DNA of 54,081 nt from a virus. Taxonomy: Duplodnaviria > Caudoviricetes. The notes beneath the pieces are model-generated. The model searched no databases and was not told where the DNA came from. It worked only from the letters and a program-made list of their open reading frames with translations. The stretch lies in IMG/VR virus record IMGVR_UViG_3300023179_000140, positions 1 to 54,081 of that record; one strand, written 5' to 3'. The position numbers and the translations under genes are program-made. Shown here in pieces: positions 18,301 to 26,957 of this stretch (positions within the stretch are counted from its first letter, which is position 1; each line of letters opens with the position of its first letter).

Positions 18301-20436
18301 GACGTGTAGTTCAGACGGCGTGAGCGGCCTGCCGGGATTGGCGAACGGCTTCCACGAACCAGCCTCGCTGCTGCGCCGGTTGTACTTGGCGCGGGCCTCT
18401 CGCCGTGCCTTCGGGTCCTGCGATGACATGCCGTCAATAATGGCGTTATCTTGCGGCGATAGTGTGTCCGGGTCCATGCCCAGCGTGCGGGCGATCTTGG
18501 CGCGTGCGGCGGCTCGCTGTGCTAATGGATCGGCTGGGGCTGGGGCGGCTGGTTTGGGTTGCGGAGCCTGGGGAGCGGCGGAGCCAGGCACGCCTTTATC
18601 CGTAGACCACGACACGCCGATATAGGTTCGGCCATCACCGTCGGTCACCATCTGATCACGCTTATAATCGTCAAGTAGGGACGGAGCGTCGTGTTCGTGC
18701 AACACAATATCGCCATTACGGCTTGCTTCGAGCATGGCGGCGTCAAAGCGGTCCTTTGGCAGACCAGAAGCCGCCCTGACATCCTCAACCAGCACCGCTT
18801 CTCCAACTCGCCCAGAAGCACCGCGCATGGCGTTCCGGACGATTTGGCTGTCGGGGAGGTTGGGGGATGGAGGCGGCTCCGTAGTTGGCGGCTGTGGCGC
18901 TTCCACGGCACGCTCCGCAACCGGCGCGGGCGGCGCTACCTCATGGGCATCTCCTGATGCTTGTCTGAGTTCGCTATTGACCCGATTTATAGCCCTTGAT
19001 CCATCTGCGCTCAGGAGATCTCCTTGAGTTGGCTTGATCGCATACCCATCTTTAGCCGCCTGCTTTATAAGAGATGAGCCAATTCCCGTTCTTTGGAACT
19101 CAGGCCTGACCGCAAGGTGAAGTATTCCACCGTCCATATTGCCCCTATACGGGCTATCCATTTTGATCGTTCCAACTACCTTTAATTCTCCAGATTGATC
19201 TCTAAACGCGGCGTAATAGTTACCTGGGGATGGGCTGGCCACAGGTTCTTCTTTAGGCGTCCACGGTCTAGTCCTGAAAATCTCTATTCCGTCTGGCCTA
19301 CCTAACGACGAAACTTGTTCGGAGTTTCCATCAATAACATGCCATGTATTCCCGTATCCAGAGTGTTTTTCTAAATATCGACTGCCGAGATTGTCGGTAT
19401 TGGGTCTGTAGTCGCCAACAGGCTGAACCGGCGCAACCTCCGGCGCAGGCGGCAACTCCATCGGAGCCTCCACCACCTTCGCCACTTTGTCGTAATTCTC
19501 CAGCAGCTTCGCCGTGCGGTCGTTGCCTTCAGCCACCTGTTCCGCAAACGGAGGCCTCGGCGTGGCAGGCGCAGTAACCCCTTCCTGCGTCGGCATCAGC
19601 GTCTTCGGCAACTCAAACCGATTCATCCGCGCCTGAGAGCCTTCTGCCGCCTCATTGACCATCTCTCGCCCTTGCTGGCGGGTACGGCGGTTTTCTCCCA
19701 GGCCATAGCCGATATCCATGGCCGCATCCATGTCACCAAGGATGCGTGGTCGCATGCGGGCCTGAACCTGCGGCGAAGTGCGGAAGTCTCGTACAGCGCC
19801 TTTTGCACCGAGCACGCCCAGCGCCGTCGTCCCGAGTAACTCGGTGACTGCCTGTGCCTTGTCGCCTGATGTCGTATTCTCGTCGGAGAACACATCCCTG
19901 ACACCCTTGACCTGCTCCGGCAGCGTCATCAACTGCTCGCCGGTAAACGCCGCGCCAATGCCCGCTTGGACCAGCTTGGGAGCCATGCCGATACCAGTGG
20001 CCATTGCAGCATTCAATGGGTTTATATTGCTGTTGATAAGATTGCCGACACCCCTTGCCGCGCCTTCAATTGCGCTCCCGCCTGTTTCCGCAAGATAATC
20101 TTTGACCCGTCTTTTAACCGGCTCGGTCTTCCATGAGCCACCGCCAACTTCAAGAGATCCAATGTTAGGTGCCCCGCCTTCGAGCGCAACATTGTCAAAA
20201 GTTGGAGTGGTGGCGAAGTCCTTCACCTTCTCCCACGTCGTCTTTTCGGCGCTCGTGACGCCGGGCATCCGCAATGCCCGGTTGAAATCCTGCGCTGGCG
20301 TGGAGGTTGGCTTGACCGTGGGCGCGACGACGTTGGGGAGTGGTGCGACCGAGCGCTTAGGCGCGGCGTATTCTTCCCACGGCTTAGGGCCGGAGTCTGT
20401 CGTTGTTGCGTATTCTTCCCACGGTCCCGCTGGCAT
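15376..20436 (-). CDS. large polyvalent internal virion (ejection) protein with a GNAT domain and LPD38-like C-terminus
   Basis: 1686 aa; LAVRPEFQRTGIGSSL acetyl-CoA motif; 'DFYRGG…FPYANAGIQG…PWEKDK…IKLP…NKNFFTNRDIVP…PLKVDHMIKGHLG' LPD38-like region. Confidence 0.8.
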   Translation of the reverse strand: MPAGPWEEYATTTDSGPKPWEEYAAPKRSVAPLPNVVAPTVKPTSTPAQDFNRALRMPGVTSAEKTTWEKVKDFATTPTFDNVALEGGAPNIGSLEVGGGSWKTEPVKRRVKDYLAETGGSAIEGAARGVGNLINSNINPLNAAMATGIGMAPKLVQAGIGAAFTGEQLMTLPEQVKGVRDVFSDENTTSGDKAQAVTELLGTTALGVLGAKGAVRDFRTSPQVQARMRPRILGDMDAAMDIGYGLGENRRTRQQGREMVNEAAEGSQARMNRFELPKTLMPTQEGVTAPATPRPPFAEQVAEGNDRTAKLLENYDKVAKVVEAPMELPPAPEVAPVQPVGDYRPNTDNLGSRYLEKHSGYGNTWHVIDGNSEQVSSLGRPDGIEIFRTRPWTPKEEPVASPSPGNYYAAFRDQSGELKVVGTIKMDSPYRGNMDGGILHLAVRPEFQRTGIGSSLIKQAAKDGYAIKPTQGDLLSADGSRAINRVNSELRQASGDAHEVAPPAPVAERAVEAPQPPTTEPPPSPNLPDSQIVRNAMRGASGRVGEAVLVEDVRAASGLPKDRFDAAMLEASRNGDIVLHEHDAPSLLDDYKRDQMVTDGDGRTYIGVSWSTDKGVPGSAAPQAPQPKPAAPAPADPLAQRAAARAKIARTLGMDPDTLSPQDNAIIDGMSSQDPKARREARAKYNRRSSEAGSWKPFANPGRPLTPSELHVSEQVAKREAARRAMQASKPSLLQLYWHGLRPDLVDAIAPMEDVHREIIKGDNDTYSIRPSMEFDRAVANVYRANSRAGVFAKKTGLTKAIQNLPTQMDVEGFDRLLLARRAAEIDRTNAQNAADLAAAKTSYAAAKQSGSKTAAERAMKEIARLEERGQIELGREPDEILKDDALIAEFTPKYQQHLDAVKNHVTALEDMMVQSGIKSQAEIDNLRKMYPDYADLHRIMPEGVEPFQNTRATASKSSTNVIQKLKGSDKLAIDSPLENLLKKTNQVIREAAQNEAARTAAQYGDLPGGDKFIRRISAKTAEKMKPEQYFTYLENGNAQHVAAPVEYVRAAKSLDAQGMGLLQQILGGAVRAFKVGTTGINPIFALYNFTRDQATRHLNQISVDRMAEKANPGSKSIAGKIGDLTGIHMDIAKATLQAIRDVGDNYVSARNGMYDEMVWNGGGGNSFDLYREQPLLGVRDIRAQKYNTLGNVFRDESTLPNQSVARTHRFESGTSRVTNALRGGWRDVENFIGMTEDMTRMQAYRIAKAEAIKRGMGEQDAAATAAKASRQATGDFYRGGNYKRGLMVLFPYANAGIQGTRSSISAMRKDPVGFATRAAMTVAIPVAIATLHNISTPEKRKAWEDIEPWEKDKSLIWLPENPKKNSRGTYDAIKLPMAPGISDVGTLVRRNIEAQYGGDPVKAQEYLAAVYNYLNPISGTGEQMAGQFVPMTAKPAVEVSVNKNFFTNRDIVPQRMLSLPTSEQRFDSTSGTAQMIGDAIGAAPLKVDHMIKGHLGTVAPQVLNVVDRARKGVADAIPGNNAVLDYLRKVPVGGESTAQAFGRRALQARGGATDEREMAAIDEASQTIAKEKAPNMRMARELFNAWKDDRVEGERRMIEALDNGTMSEETEDYIAKMVQGEQSGLSKSDRYLLHKSADERAEYFLGLIKGKSEDEAVAILEPFQEKKILTDKVLEAIAERRAKQK

Positions 20437-21705
20437 TTATTTGACCTGCTCCCAACTCGACGGCGATGCTGGGTCACCGCCTTTGAAGCGGTAGCCGCCC
20501 TTGACGGTACCAACGGCGGGAGCCGGCGGCTTGGCCGCTGCTGGTTTAGCCGCCGGTGCAGCGCCGCCGCCTCTCAGCGCCCCACGCAAGTCTACTTTCC
20601 CGCCGCGCTGTGGTTTGCGCAGTTTCTCCCCTTTCATGGCCATCAAGCGCTGCCGAACTTGCTCCGCCGTCTCGTCTCTTTCTGCCCACGAGTTGATGTC
20701 GGCCAGCGCCTTGTCTTCACCGCCGCTCTCTGCGATGAAGGCGTCTGTTCTCTCTTGGATCTTTCGCCGGTTCTCAGCCGCCGACTGATTCGCCGTTAAT
20801 CCGCCAGTGCCGCGTGCGGCGGTTGGGCGGTTCGCTCGGTTTGCCGTAGCCTGCTTGGCTTCGTTTGCCAGCCTTCGCTGCTCCTGATATAACTTCGCGG
20901 CCTCTGCGTCCACCTCGGCTTGCTCCCAATCAGGGTGAGCGTCTTTGATGGATTGCTTCAGGGTGTCATATCCACGGTCGGAGCGCGGCGCATTGTTCAT
21001 AATCGGCGCAACCATACTGCCGTTGGCGTAATAAAAGTCTTTGCCCTCTACCCCGTCACCGAAGTACGGCTTGTTGTCGCGGCCCATCTTGATTCTGGTT
21101 TCCGGCGGCTTGGGGTTGGTGAACTTGGGATTGCCATTTATATCCACGGCTACTTGTCCTTGACCGACATTATGTAGCCGCTCACCATAACTTCTGCCAC
21201 GCGCCCGTTCTGCATCACGCCGTGCAGCAGATGCTTCTGCCATCGCCATCTGGCTTTGCGTCTGCGCCGCCTCATGATCTAACTTCGACTGCCCCATCAT
21301 GGTCGCCACCCGTCCTTGATACTCCCGCATCTGACGGTCGTAACCAGGCGCAAGGATCTCGCGGCCAATCGGAGGAACGTACATCGACGCGACGGTGCCA
21401 AGGATCTTGCGAGTCAGCCCAACCTTCGGCGGCGCGGGCGGCTCCGGCAACTCCATGCGCTGCGATTGACGCGGCGGAAGCGGCCCGTACTCGCGCTGCG
21501 GAACAGCCACCGGTGCGTCCTCTAGCAAGCCGCTCATGCCGCGCGGCTCTGGCGCGTCGTACTCAGCCATGGGCGTACGGGGTCGGTATTGCGGCGGCGG
21601 CGGCGGGGGCGGGAGCGCCGGGGCCTCTTCGCGTTCATCGTACAGGCCATCCGGGGCGAAGCCGGGGGTGCGGAGGAGTTTACGAGGGTCGAAGAATGGT
21701 CCCAT
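20437..21705 (-). CDS. putative ejection/internal virion protein
   Basis: Helical, A/Q/E-rich; C-terminal GTVKGGYRFKGGDPASPSSWE; lies upstream of the giant polyvalent protein. Confidence 0.65.
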   Translation of the reverse strand: MGPFFDPRKLLRTPGFAPDGLYDEREEAPALPPPPPPPQYRPRTPMAEYDAPEPRGMSGLLEDAPVAVPQREYGPLPPRQSQRMELPEPPAPPKVGLTRKILGTVASMYVPPIGREILAPGYDRQMREYQGRVATMMGQSKLDHEAAQTQSQMAMAEASAARRDAERARGRSYGERLHNVGQGQVAVDINGNPKFTNPKPPETRIKMGRDNKPYFGDGVEGKDFYYANGSMVAPIMNNAPRSDRGYDTLKQSIKDAHPDWEQAEVDAEAAKLYQEQRRLANEAKQATANRANRPTAARGTGGLTANQSAAENRRKIQERTDAFIAESGGEDKALADINSWAERDETAEQVRQRLMAMKGEKLRKPQRGGKVDLRGALRGGGAAPAAKPAAAKPPAPAVGTVKGGYRFKGGDPASPSSWEQVK

Positions 21706-21707
21706 GG

Positions 21708-23399
21708 TTAGTATCCAAAAGCAGACTTAGACGACTTGAACGCATTAGACGGGTTGCCGATGAACGATCCGAGCCCGCTCCCCAGGGCCCGCTTGAAGTT
21801 GGCTCCGAACCCGTTAGAGTCCTTCCCAAGCTGGTATTGTGCCGCCGCGTTCGTCCCGGCTTGCGCCGCTTGCTGCGTCTGCCCGTAATTACGGAGACGA
21901 TTGCCGAACGTGTTCTGCACGTTGTCGTTAGCGAGCTTCTGCTGCCCCGCAAGCCAGTCGCGGTACTCTTTCTCTTGCGCCAACTTCTGATCGGCGACAG
22001 TTCTGGTCCGATTGCTGGTCGCTTCATTGGCAAATCGGCGACGGTCGTATTGGTCTGACTGTGCTCCGGTTTCCGTCTGTTGGCGATTACCGGCCAGTGC
22101 AGCGGCACGGCGCGAGGCTTCGGCATCGGCGGCATTGTACAGCGCGGCCCCGGTTTCACCGGAGTATCTGGCGGCATCGCGCGTATTGTCGTTGACCCGG
22201 TTGATGGCGTTATAGCTGCGGTCGGCGTTGTTGTCGGCGATCTGGTATCGGCGGGTCTGCTTATCTCGCTCCGTCCCAACGCGGGCCTGTTCGTAATCGG
22301 TTGCCGCACCATACGCCCGGTCGCCGAGACCCATCTCCGCATCGGCCTCACGGCCAGACAATCCCATTTCCGCGCCAGACAGCATTCCTGCGTAGTTGTC
22401 TTCCGCGCCGAGCCGCATACCTTCGGCGGTCTTCAGGCGGTCGGCTTGCATGCCTTTCGCCGCGATACGGGCGTCCAGCATGGCTCGATTGGCTTGTTGG
22501 TCGCCACGGGTCGTCAGTTCGTTGTAGGCCCCTGCTAACGCCAGCGGGGACATCCCGCCGGACCCGGCTGCTGCGCGTTCAATAGCGTCTATCCGGCCAC
22601 GAGAGACATTGCCTTGTGTCAGCGCCGCCGCTTGCGTGAAGTCGTTGACATCCCGATCTGTCATCTCGTACTTGCGCCGGAACTCAGGGTCGAGCGATAG
22701 CTTGCCGTAGTCGATGGCACCGCGCACGCGGCCAGCGCCGCCATCAAGCGCCCCGCGAACACCGGAAGCCTGGTTGCCGACGATATTGCCGAGTTCGTCC
22801 CGGTATCCCGTGGACAGCGATAGCGCGTCCTCGTTGTAGGTGTTGTTGAGCGCTCGTCCGGACTCATCGACGTTCTCGTGAATACGCTTATTTCCTTCGG
22901 TATTGATCGAGTCCAGCCATGCCGGGTCAAACCATGCAAGGCCTTTGTTGGGGTCGCCGTATATCTGATCCCGCTCAGCGCCAGACAGGAATCGAGACTC
23001 TCGCTCCTCCGGCGTCATCTGCATGTCGTCAAGTCCGCGTCGCCCCAGGATGTCTTCCTGTTGCTGCTGGCCGTACCCGCCACGACCAGCGGCAATCTCG
23101 CCGTATGCGGAGTCTCCCTGTCCACGGTAGTACTGGTTCCACCAATCTTGGTCTTGGCCGTAATTCACCAACTCCTGATTGAATTGGTCGCCCTGTCCGG
23201 TGGCGCGGGCGCGGTTATTGTTCGACTGCTGAACAAAGTCGGTGCCATCGTAGAACGGCTGCGTTGAGTACGGCACGGACCCGCGCGGCGGCGGCCCATA
23301 CTGCTGCGGCGGCGGCTCTGGGTTGAGGTACTCGTCGTACCCGTCCGACATGCGCCGGGACCCGACACCGTCACGCCCGTAATCCATTCGCACCGCCAT
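21708..23399 (-). CDS. putative DNA-transfer/ejection protein
   Basis: Long A/Q/G-rich helical protein with C-terminal ALGSGLGSFIG; gene order. Confidence 0.65.
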   Translation of the reverse strand: MAVRMDYGRDGVGSRRMSDGYDEYLNPEPPPQQYGPPPRGSVPYSTQPFYDGTDFVQQSNNNRARATGQGDQFNQELVNYGQDQDWWNQYYRGQGDSAYGEIAAGRGGYGQQQQEDILGRRGLDDMQMTPEERESRFLSGAERDQIYGDPNKGLAWFDPAWLDSINTEGNKRIHENVDESGRALNNTYNEDALSLSTGYRDELGNIVGNQASGVRGALDGGAGRVRGAIDYGKLSLDPEFRRKYEMTDRDVNDFTQAAALTQGNVSRGRIDAIERAAAGSGGMSPLALAGAYNELTTRGDQQANRAMLDARIAAKGMQADRLKTAEGMRLGAEDNYAGMLSGAEMGLSGREADAEMGLGDRAYGAATDYEQARVGTERDKQTRRYQIADNNADRSYNAINRVNDNTRDAARYSGETGAALYNAADAEASRRAAALAGNRQQTETGAQSDQYDRRRFANEATSNRTRTVADQKLAQEKEYRDWLAGQQKLANDNVQNTFGNRLRNYGQTQQAAQAGTNAAAQYQLGKDSNGFGANFKRALGSGLGSFIGNPSNAFKSSKSAFGY

Positions 23400-23400
23400 A

Positions 23401-23907
23401 TCAATACCGCCCCATCGTCGGCTCTACCTGACGACGGTATTCAGACCCGGCAATGTCTTCTTCGATGGGCTGAGGCATGGGCATAGGCATCGGCGTCTCC
23501 TCGCCAATGTATCCGCCGCCGTATCCACCCAGCCCGCGCTGCGGGACCATGGGCGGCATCCCCCACGAGCGCTGCTGATAGCGCGTCTCTTGCGGCATCG
23601 GACGGTACTGTTGCTGTTCCGGCTGCGGCATGGGCCGTTCGTCGTCATACTTCGACATCGGCCGAGCCGGGGGCGGCTGGTATCCGCGTTGCGGTTGCTG
23701 CATTTGACGCTGAGGCCCGCCGTAGCCGCCGTACTGCGGCTGCCGGTAGGGAGGTTGAGGCTGGCGCTGCTGGCCGTACATGCGCTGCTGCGGCTGCTGC
23801 GGCTGAGGGCGTCCGTATGGCATGCGGTCGCCGGTGTTGCGCATGGGCTGCTGCCGGTCCTGCTGTGGCTGCGGTTGCTGTGATTGTCCGGGTACGACGA
23901 ATGGCAT
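23401..23907 (-). CDS. low-complexity Q/P/R/Y/G/M-rich disordered protein
   Basis: AAGGAG RBS; abuts the downstream gene. Confidence 0.6.
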   Translation of the reverse strand: MPFVVPGQSQQPQPQQDRQQPMRNTGDRMPYGRPQPQQPQQRMYGQQRQPQPPYRQPQYGGYGGPQRQMQQPQRGYQPPPARPMSKYDDERPMPQPEQQQYRPMPQETRYQQRSWGMPPMVPQRGLGGYGGGYIGEETPMPMPMPQPIEEDIAGSEYRRQVEPTMGRY

Positions 23908-23911
23908 ATGG

Positions 23912-24175
23912 CTACTCCTTTGATGGTATCAAGCACCCTAGATCGGCGCTCAGCTTAAATGCGGTTTCAGTGTGGCCGTCGCGGGCGGCGATAGCCATGC
24001 AGATGTCGTTCAATGACTCTCGCGCCACGTCTACTTGGCGCTGTGCGGCCTCGATACGGTCAAGGTATTTCCGTATCGTCGCCTTTTCATTCGGCTGGAG
24101 CGGAATGGCTCCTTCTGGGATGGGAAGAGGTTGGCTGAACATAGTGCTGTAGGGGCGGTTTTTAAGCCGCCCCAT
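23912..24175 (-). CDS. hypothetical coiled-coil protein
   Basis: Late-operon position; start may be further downstream. Confidence 0.55.
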   Translation of the reverse strand: MGRLKNRPYSTMFSQPLPIPEGAIPLQPNEKATIRKYLDRIEAAQRQVDVARESLNDICMAIAARDGHTETAFKLSADLGCLIPSKE

Positions 24176-24180
24176 CTTTC

Positions 24181-25524
24181 TTAGGTTTCCTGAAGCGTGA
24201 CGGTAACCTGAACTCCAGCCACCGCAGTAAGCGTGCCAGCGAAGTCAAGGCTCAGCCGATCCCCGGCCAAGAGTGTATTGGCCCAATCGGAGATAAACGT
24301 GCCAGTTTGCACTGTGTTGATAGTGCCTTTGAGGTTGAAGCCCGCGTTGGCGTTGTTTGAGAGCAAGTCAGTCCCGGCCCCCGGAGCATCAGTCAGCCGG
24401 TCTAGTGTCAACTGAACGTTGACTGCGCTACCGTCTGTGCCAAGCGTCGAATGAACCTCCGATACTGCCACCACCCGAACAGGACGATTGGCCGTGAAGA
24501 AGCACTGATCGGCCAAGCCGGAGTTTGCGTTCATATTCCAGACAACATCGAACACGCGGAAGTACGGCGCAAAAGTAACCGTAATGACCACGCCGGCCAG
24601 CGCGGTAAGCGTACCGGCAAAGTCAACGGACAGCCGATCTCCAGGAGCGAGCCGAAGGTTGGCGGCAGTTGCGGTCAATGTGCCGTTTTGAACAGTGTTG
24701 ATTGCGCCCTTGCAATCAAAACCAGCGTTTGAATTATTCGTGAGCAAGTCAGTACCAGCGCCAGGTGCGGCGGTGCCGGTATCTTTAGTAACCTGCACGT
24801 TGACAGCACTCGCGTCCGTACCTAGCGCCGAATGCACGTAGTCGATGCGCGTGATGAGCATGTTCTTCGTTGCCGTGAAGAAACACTGATCGGCCAGGCC
24901 TGCGTTCGCGTTCATCACAAAGCTGGCTTGGTCGCCGGAATATCCGGGTGCCAGATTCAACACCACCACAACGCCAGCGACGGAAGTCGTGACGCCAGTG
25001 ATGTTAATCGAGATCCTGTCGCCAGCGGCAATGAACGCATTTGCCGGGGTCGTGCTTGCGCTGATGGTCTGTAGCGTGTTTGCGGTCCCCTTGAGATTGA
25101 ACGTAGAGGAAAGAACAGAAGCGCCAACCGTGGGCGCTTGCGTTCCAGTGTCCTTGTCAATATCAAGGGTAACCGCGCCGCCATCGGTTCCAGCCGTGGA
25201 GTGAATTTCGGTGGCGCTAATGACTTCGTAAGCACCATCCGAGATCCAAATCGTTTGGTCAACAACCCCGGCGTTTGCGTTCATCACGAAGCGAACGGTT
25301 TTAAGGGCGCTGGAGGTCGCGCTGTAGCCAAGGATCAGCCGATTGGACGCATCAAGGCGAAGTGCCTGAATGGACGACGCACCGTTGGCGGTCGAGAAGG
25401 TCAGGCTGTAGTCGTTGTCGAAATCCTTGTCGATGGCTGAAACGCTTGGCAGTAAGCCGAACCGCTTGGCGAATGGAGCACGCTGAGCGGAAAAGAAGTT
25501 TTTGACTGAGCCGCGAAATGGCAT
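24181..25524 (-). CDS. virion decoration/fibre-like protein with three tandem ~125-aa beta domains
   Basis: Three copies of MNAN.G..DQ…HS..GTD..AV…GDR.S…. Confidence 0.7.
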   Translation of the reverse strand: MPFRGSVKNFFSAQRAPFAKRFGLLPSVSAIDKDFDNDYSLTFSTANGASSIQALRLDASNRLILGYSATSSALKTVRFVMNANAGVVDQTIWISDGAYEVISATEIHSTAGTDGGAVTLDIDKDTGTQAPTVGASVLSSTFNLKGTANTLQTISASTTPANAFIAAGDRISINITGVTTSVAGVVVVLNLAPGYSGDQASFVMNANAGLADQCFFTATKNMLITRIDYVHSALGTDASAVNVQVTKDTGTAAPGAGTDLLTNNSNAGFDCKGAINTVQNGTLTATAANLRLAPGDRLSVDFAGTLTALAGVVITVTFAPYFRVFDVVWNMNANSGLADQCFFTANRPVRVVAVSEVHSTLGTDGSAVNVQLTLDRLTDAPGAGTDLLSNNANAGFNLKGTINTVQTGTFISDWANTLLAGDRLSLDFAGTLTAVAGVQVTVTLQET

Positions 25525-25613
25525 GGTTGTATTACGGGAGTTACCCGGTTCCTTTCGTTTGCTATGGGGTTTCGTGGTGAGCTATTTGTGATAGCTAGTC
25601 GCTTGAGGACTTA

Positions 25614-26957
25614 TCAGACCGCGCTCGTGAGGACGCCCTTGGAGTGGGTGATCGTCACGTTGGTATAGGTCAAGGTCTGAATAAAAGAGGCAGATGTCGT
25701 AGATAAGCCGCCGAAATTAACGCTTGTAATGGCGTTGGCAGTGGTGTAGGAAAAACTGGTGGGGATACTGGCAGTGTTGTCGATACCAGGGGTTCCACTG
25801 ACGGAATAAGCCGTGGCGTTGATTGCCCGCGCGCTAGTGACAACCGCAGTCCCGCCAACGCGATATTCGTTTGTTACATTGACGTTTGTAGCGGTGATGG
25901 TCCCGGATGACCCAGTAAGGGTGATGGTCGCCGTGGCCGTGGAGTTTCTGACGGTCACCGACCCACCCGTACCGGAAGACGTTAAGTTGATCGCAAGGAC
26001 CGGGGTAGAGTTGTAGACGCTTATGCCAGATCTGGCCACTTGAACATACTCGCCCGTGAGCGCGGCGTTATTTGCGAACATGGTCCCCTGGAACAAGCGA
26101 ATCTGATTTGTTGTGAAGGTGTCACGAAAGATTGCGTCTGGACCCGTCGATGGGTTTAGTTCGATGTACCCGTTATTCACCACGTCCGTCAGGGTAATCA
26201 AGGCATTTTTGATCTTCAGTTGTCCATCAGCGTACGCCCGCAATTTGTAGTTGGTAAAAGAGTCACCAACCGCAATGGTCTGAAACCGGCCTCCGCCGAA
26301 GTATCGAGTCGCCGTGCCGCCGGTCGTGTATGCGCCAGATCCAGCCACATCTATGCCGGACAAATCGGTCAATTCAAATGTGTTGGGGGTAGCGCCCTGA
26401 ACGATGCGATAGCCGTTCGTTGCCGTGTTACCACCGACGGCTGCAATAAATACCGTATCCCCGTCCTCGTAGCCATGAGCATTCGAGGTAACGACAATCG
26501 GGGTCGCGTTCGTTGCGCCAGTAATCGTCTTCGGCGAATCAGCCTGTACGCCAAGCCAGCCAACCTCATTCGCGCCTCCGTCTTGTATTGAGAGAGATCC
26601 GTTCTTCCCGATAATCACGTCGCCATTCACGTCAGCAAAGAATGGGGCGGTATCCGGGCCGTCTGCGCCAACGTAGAGTTGCTGAACCCATCCGCCGAAA
26701 TAGGGCGCTCTCGATCCTATCCAGCCGATCAGCTTCCCGCTTGCATCTCGAATGATGATCTCGCCGAACGTGTTACTCGCCGAATCCCGCATGGCTTTTT
26801 CCAGCCGGTTGGTCGATGACTGAATCTGGTTCAGTGCGCTTGCGATGATCGTCATGTCACCGCCCTTCCCGTTGAGGCCCGCCACGGCAGCGCGGATGTC
26901 CAGTGAATATGGGGAGCGCTGTGCGAGGAGTGGCTGGGAGGGGATGGTTATGCTCAT
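25614..26957 (-). CDS. tail spike/needle-like protein with an FCCH-like insert
   Basis: N-terminal coiled coil; beta-strand repeats; ITGATNATPIVVTSNAHG domain. Confidence 0.6.
   Translation of the reverse strand: MSITIPSQPLLAQRSPYSLDIRAAVAGLNGKGGDMTIIASALNQIQSSTNRLEKAMRDSASNTFGEIIIRDASGKLIGWIGSRAPYFGGWVQQLYVGADGPDTAPFFADVNGDVIIGKNGSLSIQDGGANEVGWLGVQADSPKTITGATNATPIVVTSNAHGYEDGDTVFIAAVGGNTATNGYRIVQGATPNTFELTDLSGIDVAGSGAYTTGGTATRYFGGGRFQTIAVGDSFTNYKLRAYADGQLKIKNALITLTDVVNNGYIELNPSTGPDAIFRDTFTTNQIRLFQGTMFANNAALTGEYVQVARSGISVYNSTPVLAINLTSSGTGGSVTVRNSTATATITLTGSSGTITATNVNVTNEYRVGGTAVVTSARAINATAYSVSGTPGIDNTASIPTSFSYTTANAITSVNFGGLSTTSASFIQTLTYTNVTITHSKGVLTSAV

Noticed and set aside
21222-22351. Long alternative-frame ORFs (278 and 223 aa) over the ejection genes
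   Set aside because: R/P/S-rich off-frame products expected in GC-rich coding DNA
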